Assembly: GCF_009914755.1 (NCBI RefSeq)
Contig: NC_060936.1
Strand: one strand, 5' to 3'
Origin: the human T2T-CHM13v2.0 reference genome, Homo sapiens
DNA length: 64,000 nucleotides
Shown here: in pieces, positions 53,881 through 64,000 of the stretch
Numbering within the stretch: position 1 is the first letter of the stretch
Layout of the letters: the number at the start of each line of letters is the position of its first letter
Notes under the pieces: model-generated
What the model was told of the DNA's origin: nothing
Seen by the model: only the letters and a program-made list of their open reading frames with translations
Database searches by the model: none
Position numbers and translations under genes: made by a program

Positions 53881-55091
53881 AGAATATCTCTGTACAAATG
53901 ACTGATGCAGATTCTGTCTCTTGATTATACTCTGATGAATACAATGGAAACTGCCATTAGCAGGTGCAGTCACCATACCTGAAAGACGTTCGTGGGCTTG
54001 GGAGAAGGTTGAGAATGACCAGGCACAGATCTCCTCCCACTTTCCTCCCCTTCTTGGGCAGATTGGAGGAGGGCAGGCTCTGCCTCCTTAAGTGTGGTAT
54101 GGTCGTGTGGCGTGCTCTGGCCAATGACGTGGGAGTAGAAGCGATGGGTGTCACCTCTGATTGGAAACACTTAAGAGCCAGTGCACACTCTTCTTGTCTC
54201 CTTCTCCTGCCCAGGAGGCCCATGATGTAGGTGCCTCAATATGAAGGCCATCTGGGATGCTGAGCCGTCACTGCATGGGGAATGCCTGCCTTGGACAGTC
54301 ACCACTGCTGTCTTTGCCTGAACAATAGAGGCATGTTGTGGAAGGATGCTGAGATTCTGGTGCTGTTTGTTACCTCAGCATCCCCTAACTGATCCTGACT
54401 AATTGAGATGGCAGGCAAGACCTTAGCCGTTTTGTTTATCTACTGTATCATCTAGAACAGTGCTTGGCATATAGTAGGCACACAAGAAAGAGGTGATGAA
54501 TGAATGGATAAAAGTGAGAATTCATGTGCAAGAGCTCTAATAGGAAAGATGAAATGGCACCAAATTTCTGAAACCATAACAAGAGAAAAACAAACAGAAA
54601 GTTTCTGAAACCAGTGGTTCTCAGTCCTATCAGATATGATATCTCCAATGCTAAATGAATGTTTTAAAGCTCCCCTTTTAGAACACTGAAATGGAATTCA
54701 CAGATAATGTCACGTACATACAAGGTAATTTTATTAAGATTAATATAATGCTCTAACTGGATATCAAATCAAGTAAAATGCACTTGTAATTTAATGATAT
54801 ATATTTCAACATGCCGTTTGAGCATGACCACGTGAGAAAACATCTCTTCACAGTCATTGTAAATGATGCAGATTGAATGCAGGTTGACACTTAGTAGCTG
54901 CTGAAGACATTTTCCAGTGTGGGGAAGAACTCTCTATAAAGTTATAACAAAGACAAAATATTCCCTGATTAACCCTGAGTTTACATTTGTGAAAAATTCA
55001 TGGTTCTGCATATTAAACTACAGTGCAGATAACTACAGCTTTCCCCTCTAGTTTGATGGGAAATTTACAAGTTGTGAATGACACAGAGCAG

Positions 55092-55384
55092 TTTTTTTGA
55101 GACAGTCTCACTCTGTCACCCAGGCTGAAGTGCAGTGGCACAATCATAGTTCACTGAAGCCTTGACCTCCTGGGCTCAAGCAATACCCCCACCTCATCCT
55201 CCTGAGTAGCTGGGACTACAGGTGTGCACCACCACACCTGGCTAATTTTTTTTTTTTTTTTATTTGTAGAGATGGAGTTTCACCATGTTGCCCAGGCTGG
55301 TCTGGAACTCATGGACTCAAGTGATCCTCCTGCCTCAGCCTCCCAAAGTGCTAGCATTACAGGTGTGAGCCACTATACCCGTCC
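55092..55384 (-). mobile_element. AluJ
   Basis: Alu dimer with J-type ttgacctcctgggctcaagc. Confidence 0.88.
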
Positions 55385-56871
55385 AGAACACAGGACAATT
55401 CTTTGTCACAAGAGCCTGTCCTGGACATTGCAGGGCATTTAGTACTTCTGACTTCTGACCATGAAATGCAAGAATATGCCTTGATCCTTGCAAAAAATAA
55501 TCACTCCTGAAAATGTGCCAGACACTTACATGGTGTGGGGACAGTTATGTCCCTACTGAGATCTGTGGCTCTAAATAGAATATTCTATCCCTGAACGTCC
55601 TTACATCACACACAGACCTTCCACCCATCTTAGTCCACAGAGGGCAGTGAGCCATCACATCGTGGCCACTGGCTTCTCCATGTTCACCGTGTGGCACCTA
55701 GAAAACTTCCTGAAAGTTTTATTTTCCTCCTGATTTTGGCAGGTGGGGCCGAGAGAGGCTGCCTGCTTTATTTTCTGACCTGGTTTCTTGGTTGCATTCC
55801 TGGGTTTGGGAAGATGACTCAGATCTCAAAGTCCTGGGTAGTAGACGACATACTTGCAGACGATGTCCCTGGTCCTGTTTAGCTTGTGGCTGGGCTGTAA
55901 TGTTCAGCAGGAGGGAGATGACTCGGCTCAGGTGAATCCTCCCCAAAGGCTGTGGCTGGCTCAGGTGCCAGGGAATGTAATGAGCCACTTGGTTCATTCA
56001 GACTCTTCTATCTCCTCTGCCAATTCTGGGGAAGCACTCCCTGGCTCTTATATAGACACACTCAGATGCATGCGGTATTTCCCAAACTTCAGCAGTGCTC
56101 AATCTACATGCAGAATTACTGCCATACCCACACATCGTCTTGAGTTCTCAATATTTTGATTAATTGTTTGAAGACTTTATTATGAAAAATGTTAACCAAA
56201 GAGAAAGATAAATTGTACAGTGCCTACTCATATACCCAATGCCTCGCTTCCGTAAGTGACATTCTGCTGTGTTTGCTCTATCGCATATCTGTCCACTTCC
56301 CAGCTCTCTATTCATCTTCTTTTCTGATTCATTTCCAAGGAAGTTGCAAACATCTGTTTACCCCTCGATGCTCTAGACTGCATGCTATTAACTAGACTTC
56401 AATAATCAATTTCTTGTTTTATGTAAAAAACACAACTTTGTACTATTACCAGAGATGGAAAACTACTATCACCGAACATGAACACAATTAAGTCCTTTTA
56501 AATAGGGATGGAAAAAGCACAATAGCGTTAGAAGACACCAATAGGATGTGTTCAGAGCTTCTGCGGGAGGAAGAGACCCCAGGCCCGAATGGCCGTGTGA
56601 GTTTTTCCTTCTAGATAAAGGTGAGGCATTGCTAGGCTCTGGATCTGGATGTCCTGGGTTAACATTGTTCCAGCTCCTTCACTCTCTGGCTGTGTGACCT
56701 TGGACAAGTCACTTAACCTCTCTGTGCCTTGGTTGTCTCCTCTGCAAAATGGGGATGGTGATCATGGTACCAACTTCATTGGGTGGTCTGAAGAGTAAAT
56801 GAGTTAATATAGATAAACTCCTTAGACTTTTGCCTGCATGTAGCAAACATCCAATTCATGCAGTCACCCTC

Positions 56872-57225
56872 TGATATGGTTTGGCTGTGTCCACACCATA
56901 TCTCAACTTGAATTGTATCTCCCAGGATTCCTGCATGTTGTGGGAGGGACCCAGTGGGAGGTAACGGAATCACGGGGGCTGGTCTTTCCTGTGCTAGTCT
57001 CGTGATAGTGAATAAATCTCACGAGATCTGATGGGTTTATCCGGTGTTTCTGCTTTTGCTTCCTCCTCATTTTTCTCTTGCTGCCACCACGTAAGAAGTG
57101 CCTTTCGCCTCCCGCCATGATTCTGAGGCCTCCCTAGCCATGGGGACCTGTAAGTCCAATGAAACCTCTTTTTGTTCCCCGTTTTGGGTATGTCTTTATC
57201 AGCAGCGTGAAAACGGACTAATACA
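56872..57225 (+). mobile_element. THE1 (MaLR) solo LTR
   Basis: Starts tgatatggtttggctgtgtcc, ends aaacggactaataca; 5-bp TSD ccctc at 56867-56871 and 57226-57230. Confidence 0.93.
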
Positions 57226-59686
57226 CCCTCTCCCTACCAGCGGGTGTAGTCTGATGAGGTCTATGCGGCAGCGTTGGGTGGCAGCCATGGAGGAATGCTG
57301 TTGAAATGTCCCTTCTGTCCTCAGGGGCCTTCAGAAGCCACCTGGTCAGTGTCCGAGCATGGCCAAGGTGCAGGGTGGCTGCTGGGACTCCATGCAAGGC
57401 TCCTCTATGGGCAACCTCTGCGGCAGCATTTCCTGCTTGGCTGCCCAAGGATTCCCAGTGCTTCCTGCAGTCAGGCACTTCCTGCCCGGTTCTCCCTCCT
57501 TCCCATCCTCCTTTCCCAGGGACCAGACCTGCATCGCATCCTGAAGCTCAGCCTGCCTACTCCTTCTCCATCTTTTCTTTATCCTTCACAACTGCAGTCC
57601 TCAATTAATCTCTGGTGCACTTAACTCTGTCTGCTTCCTGAAGATGCTCATAGATTCTGAGGATTCCCCATGTGCTGTGATGTGAGAGTTAGGGGCGAGG
57701 GAGGAAAACAGCCAGCTCCACTACCTGTCTACCCTCCCTCCCGACCATTGAGAAAGTTCCCTGTTAGAGATTCATTCCTTTGGACCATGAAGCCTTTTGA
57801 TTCCTATTAACCTTGAGTGAGTCACGCTTAAGCCTTTTAAAAAATTTTCTGAGTTTTTGTTTGTGAAATATAACATATATACCAATGAACATGAGATATA
57901 TAAATGCGTTGTATGAATAATTAGAAAGCAAACTATATTCCAGCAAGCGAAAACATAACACACTGCCCCAGAAGCACCCACAATCCACGAGTAAGCACCT
58001 CCCTCCCCCTGAGGTGCATAAGTAAGGAGAGGAGGGGCAGAGGAGCTGCCAGGGGAAGGACCAAGGATGTGCTCTATAGGTCAGCCCCCTGGCTCTGCCT
58101 CTCCTTGTTGGCAGAGATCAGCCTGAGGGCCGCGCCGCACACCACAGGCCCATGACCCTCCATCGGAGTCACCGGGCGCTGGCTGAACAAGCACCTTCAG
58201 TGAGCTCTGGATTACAACACAGCTATGAAAAGAAGCCAGCCGGTGCTCTCCCTACCCATATGGAGAGATTGCCAGGCAGATTCCAAAGTGGAAAAGTCAG
58301 AGGCAATACAGGAGGGCCTGTGTGCCCAGCTCCCACTGTGAAAACCAACCCAGCTGATGGGGATTCTTCTCTATTGCTTTGTAGGTCGTCGCTGCCCTCA
58401 GCCTCCAGATGCAGCCCCCCTGCCACCTTCAGGACCCCTGGCTCTCCCCTGGACTCAGTAGCGAAAGGGTTTATGTGCTCGGAGGGAGACCTTCAGGAAT
58501 CTGTGCATAGAATGCCATAGTGCAGAGGAAAGTAAGACTATGCAGTTGTATTTGACTTAAAACCTCCGGAAAGATAAATAGGGAAGCAACAAAACCTACA
58601 GGGAACAGGGGAGGAAGAGGGATGGGGCTGCAAGCCAGGGGATGCCTGCAGCCACCAGGAGATGGGGGGAGGCAGGGAGGATCCTTTCCCAGAGCCTCTG
58701 GAAGGAGTATGGCCCTGCCTACACCTTGATTTGGATTTCTGGCCTCTGAAACTGTGAGAGAACAACTGTCTGCTGTGGAAAGTAACCTAGGTTTGTGGGA
58801 ATTCGTTACAGCAGCCCCAGAAAATGGAACAGCTGCTAAGTGAGACTCCTCAGCCAGGCCAGAGAATGTGCATTCTGACGGACTGCTTCTCATTTGCACT
58901 GATCACTGTGAGTGTCTGATGGGTGGGCATCCGGCGCCCAGAGAAGGAGTTGCTCTATTATCCTGGCACTCCATAAAGAACAGGTAGAAATAAGCGCTTC
59001 TTACCAAGATGAAATCCACCCATCATTTCTGAATGGCTCAGTTTTGATTTCATCTCCCAAGGTGGGTGATAACTGATTATGAAAACCTTCCTCCCTCTCA
59101 GTCTCTCAACAAAAGCCTAGCTTTGCCGGTTGCTTTGAGCTGGAGGGTTCTTTGCTTAATATCTAGCAATGCTAGACAGTAATCTTTACTAGGCTAACAG
59201 GAATGCTGTCCAAAACGTGCATTTCGAACACAACCTCATGCCATATTTTCAGTCCAGCATTACATATTTAATGCGTGTATCCAGTAAGGGTACCATCCCT
59301 GGTGGCACGGAGGTCTTGACCAGCAGTCAGGGGTCCCTTGGCACTCTTCATCATGATGCCCGTGTTTTGCTGCTGGTGGAGGGGCGTGACAGTGTCAGGG
59401 CTAGAAAAGTCTGCTGTATCTCTGACATCATTCCTGGCTCCGTAGCCTCTTTACCTGGTTTTCCACCCCTCTTGGAGATTCATGCTAGTCAATATCCTTT
59501 TAATAAATTGAATAAGTTCAATTTCTGCGTAAATCAGCCAGAGTTGCTCTCTGTTGCTTGCAAATGAGGATTCTAACAGTGACAAAGATTGGGTATATTA
59601 GTGAGGCCTGCCTGGATGCATTCTGGGGTGAATGTATGAAAAGTTGGGAAGGACAGGCAGAATCCTCAGGCTTTGAGCCCATGTAG

Positions 59687-60067
<381 letters not shown>

Positions 60068-60399
60068 TAAGTAAGATTAAAGATTTACTTCCTCTGTTGC
60101 ACCAGCTACACTAGGAGACTAGGAGTGCTCAGAAGCCACAGTGGCTGGGGGCTGACATATTGGTCTGCACAGGTTCAGAACATCCCTGTCATCACAGAAG
60201 GTCTTGGTGAACAGTGCTAGCTTAGAGAATAAAAGAAAAACCTCTCTTCCTTGTGACCTAAGGAAGCCCTGAACCTCTTCTTGCTGTGAGTGTGAAGGGA
60301 GAAGCCACTTTGATTCTACTGTGTGAAGTGTCCCATAGTCCCAAGGTCTTGCAATCTTTGTGCTATTGCTATTGAGGGCAGATGCTGTAATGATGTATT

Positions 60400-60762
60400 A
60401 ATTGACATAGTTTTCTTTTTTCTTCTGAGCCAAATGTTTTTACTTCTACTCTAAAGGTCTTCTTTCTGAAACCAGCCCAACTTTTCTCCCAGAGAGTATC
60501 ATGGAACTGAACTTTCAAGATCATGGCATCTGGACATCGAGAAAACGGAACCCTCATCTGGCCACCTGCTGCTTTTTGACCAATTCCCATATAAACCGCT
60601 AACTTCAGTCAGTTGGAGGGATGGATTTGAGATTTGCCTTCTGTCTCTCAGGTGATGTCACCAGCAATAAAGCCTTCTTCCCTGGCAATACTCAATGTCT
60701 CAGTGATTGGCTTTCTGTCCAGGGGGCAGATGGACCTAGGCTGAACCCCTGGTGTTCAACAA
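60400..60762 (+). mobile_element. ERVL-class LTR 3' part with AATAAA at 60666-60671
   Basis: aataaagccttcttccctggcaatactc...cagtgattggctttctg...ggacctagg...cccctggtgttc...aaca. Family not resolved. Confidence 0.5.
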
Positions 60763-61879
60763 CACTCCCATTTCAAATAGTTAGCGATTCACTCACTCTT
60801 TTAATAAAAACCTCCCAAGAACCAACTATGAGCCAGGATTACATCTGGGCTCTGGAGATACAGGAGGAAACAAAATGGAAACAAAAATATCTGCCTTCAT
60901 CGAGCTTACACACTGGGGGAAAAATGACAATCAGTAATAAGATACATTAAAAAGACATATTAGCAACAGGTGCTAAGGAGAAAAATAAAGCAGTGAAGGG
61001 TGCTAAAGTGTTCTAGGGTGGAGAGTTTGTAGCTGTAGACCCGTCGGCCAGCGAAAACCCCATTGAAAATGTGTCCTTTGAGACCAGAAAGGAGACAGGA
61101 AGAAAGCAAAGTAAGTATCAGGGGCAGAGATAAGAGTCATCTCCTTCTCGGTGGGAAAGGGCCGGGCTGGGTGGTCTCTGTAGAAGGAGAGCAATACATG
61201 GCCTGGGGCATTCTTGGCTCTGACATTCCAAAGACATTGATCTTGACAGAAGACCAGGGGCCCACTTGCAGCAAGAGTTTCCAGCAGGTAGATGAGATTG
61301 AGACTCTCCCAGCTGGGTAGGGGATGGAGTGGACAGTAAGGGCTTCAGCAGGAGGAGACCTCTGACCACCACCCAAGCAAGCTCTGGGAAGTGCCTGGAG
61401 ACCATTCATTTTCCCTGCTGTGAGGGCCAAGGAACTGTCCTTTTCTGGCCTCAGGTACAGACATCCCTCAGCAACAGACAGTCCAACATCAGTTGTCCAT
61501 GCATAGAAGGTACACCTGCCTGATACCTGGGGCTTCACCCAGCATTGCATACACTCTTGGCCAGGGATCTTTGGATGGGAATTATTTGTTCCCTGTTCCC
61601 AGCGGACATATGGCAATGTCTGGGGACATTTCCATTGTTACAGTGGGGAGGGGGATGTTATTAGCATCTGGTTAGTAAGGACAGTGATGCTGCTAAACAT
61701 TCTATAATGCACAGGACACCCCCACCACAAACAATTATCCAGCCTCCATGGTGTCAAGTTTGAGAAACAGTTGGAAACTCCTTCCTTCCTTCCCTCCTTC
61801 CCTCCTTCCCTCCTTCCCTCCTTCCTCCCTCCCTCCCTTTTCTTTTCTCATCTCTTCTCTTCTCCTTCCCTTCCTCCTT

Positions 61880-62440
61880 TTATTACTGTAAAAAAACTTT
61901 TAATTTATCCTTATTTAACTTTTTATCGCATACAGCTAAGTGTACAAATCATGAACGTGCAGCTCAATGACATTTCATGAAGCAAACAAACTTACTTCAT
62001 GCAGACCCACTTCAACAACCAGAACACTGTCATCCTGCCAGAAGCCCCTCGCATGCCCCTGCAGCCACTACTCTGGCTCTTATCCTCTAAGTAAACTCTA
62101 ACCTGCTTTCTAATGTCGCCACCTCGTTTTCCCTGCTGTTGACCTTTGGAGTAAATGGAATCACACCAGATGTACGTGTTTTCCTAGTTCCTTTTACTTA
62201 ATGGAATGTTTGTGAGATTGGTCGCATTGTTGTGTGTGGTTGTATTTTGTTCCTTCTTGTTGCTGGATAGCATTCCATTGCGTGAATATACCACAATTTA
62301 TTTGTTCATTTTGCTATTTCTGGACATCTGGGTGTTTCCAGCTTCTGGCTATGACTGATAATGCTGCCATGAACCATCCTGTACGTATTTTTTGATGAAG
62401 ACACTTAGGTATTTCTGTAGAGTATATACCTAGGTGTGGA
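61880..62440 (-). mobile_element. Old L1ME-like 3' fragment, preceded by (CCTT)n at 61780-61880
   Basis: atagcattccattgcgtgaatataccacaatttattt...gggtgtttccagcttctggctat. Confidence 0.65.
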
Positions 62441-63789
62441 AAGGGTCACAGAGCTCGTATACATCCTCTTTTATTTTCACTCAAGCTGCTTTATTTCTGC
62501 AAAAGTGCCCAGAGCATTCTTTTAAAACATGAACTTATCACATAACTACCAGTGACATCTCATGTCGCTATCCAGACATGGTCTAAAAACACACCAATTG
62601 TTTTCCATTGCTTTAGGATAAGACATCAAATTCTTAGCAGGACCCACAAGCATGATCTGGCTCCTGCTGGGATCTTTGAGCTCAGCCAACACGATTATCC
62701 TCCTGGACGATGCAATTCACCTTCCTTAGTTCCCTGAACTTGGAAGGATGGGAGAGTGTCTCTATCAAGACCCCAGGATGTGATGAAATCTTTGGGATGG
62801 AGGTCGGGTCTAGGGGAACTAGAAGGCTGTGGATATGAGAGAGGCACTGCTTGTTCAGGTGCAGGCATCGGGGACTCAGTGGAATTGGCTATAAATCTCT
62901 TACTAAAGAGGGCTGGCGTCAGGGCATATTCCTGTGTTATTAAATAATGATACTTGGAGTATATGAAGCAGGAAGTATGTGTCCTGCCATGATGAAGATA
63001 TATTTTCAGATGCAGAATAAAAAAGGACAGGGATTGTGAGTCAGGGCTAGGTGGACACTGGGATCCCCCAGGCACACTGGGCAGTCACGACAAGTAAGCC
63101 CTGCTCCTACGCCAGTGGAAGCCAGGGCCTGTAAAGCATACGTCACAAACTCCAGGCAGAGGTGACTCATGGATCTCACCTGGATGAGTGTCTGCCACTT
63201 TCTGGCTGGACTGGCTGCAGAGGTCAACGCAGGGAGCTCTCAGGGGGCATGTGGTGGTGGCCACATCTCCCCTTGGCTGGATACAGCCTTCTTGAGGACA
63301 TGGAGGGGCCCTCACAAAGGGGACAAAGGGAGCAGTACTGGACACAGGCATTATTCAGAAACCAAGGGACACACTCTTTTGTGTTTGGCTGAATTCAGGA
63401 TAAAAATGCCTCCGCAGGCCATCTGCAGAGAAATTCCCCCACTGCCTCTTTGCAGGCACCCCGTGAGACTCCTGCCTCCAGCCAGGGCCTCCTCCAGAGG
63501 AAGACCTTACCCAGAGAAGTCTAGGGTTTGTCTCCATCTATGGAGCTGAGAAGCTTCACCTGGGGAGTCCAAGGTGCTCAACTGGCAGGTGAGTGGAAGA
63601 GAGGCTGGTTAAGGTGGGAAGACCTGAGGGAACATGGTGAGACCTTATGGCATGGCACATAGAGGGAAATGATACGTGGTCACATCCACTACTATTCTTC
63701 TCAGGGAAAGACAACAGCTGGCCAGTCCTAGTCATTTATTAGAGAGAAAGGCACATTAACACTGCAAATCTAAATCTGTATGCCCAGTG

Positions 63790-64000
63790 GAGAATGATAG
63801 TAATAAAAGCAAACGTTTAGAAAGACCCTGGGAAGAAAATGTAAAGACAAGCCACAGATTGGGAAACAATAGTTGCAAACACATATCTGATTAAAAAAAA
63901 CTAGTATAGAAAACATACAAAAATTCTTAAAACTCAACAATAAGATAACCCAATTAAACAATAGGCAAAGATTTGAACAGACATCTTACCAAAGAATATA
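63790..64000 (+). mobile_element. Old L1M ORF2 3' fragment running off the window
   Basis: gacaagccacagattgggaaacaata...ggcaaagatttgaacagacatcttaccaaaga. Confidence 0.7.

Overview
Human (primate) genomic DNA, not prokaryotic. The window holds the 3' end of TMEM132D on the minus strand: four coding exons with GT-AG boundaries and matching phases (32028-31823, 29358-29085, 26051-25860, 22387-21203; probably exons 6-9), a ~2.1 kb 3'UTR ending near 19050-19090, ~32 kb of the large upstream intron and ~19 kb of downstream flank. The rest is interspersed repeats (one full-length L1PA4-like element, truncated L1s, about a dozen Alus including an AluYa5, MaLR/ERV LTRs, MER/MIR/L2) and three minisatellites. 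Nearly all ORFs in the track are spurious or L1 fragments. I cannot support a new protein-coding system. The most notable structures are: (1) a ~450 bp inverted duplicate of apparently non-TE sequence bracketing the last four exons; (2) L1 copies 10-36 kb apart sharing non-consensus variants, including the same frameshift, which suggests local gene conversion; (3) a 30-bp minisatellite that reads as ~20 consensus 5' splice sites on the gene's sense strand; (4) a 1.8 kb CpG-rich 17/18-mer VNTR built from a small variant alphabet; (5) a THE1 LTR placed to drive a spliced antisense transcript; (6) an L1PA2 with an internal 874-bp tandem duplication inside one TSD pair. Repeat subfamily calls come from recalled consensus features, not from a search.
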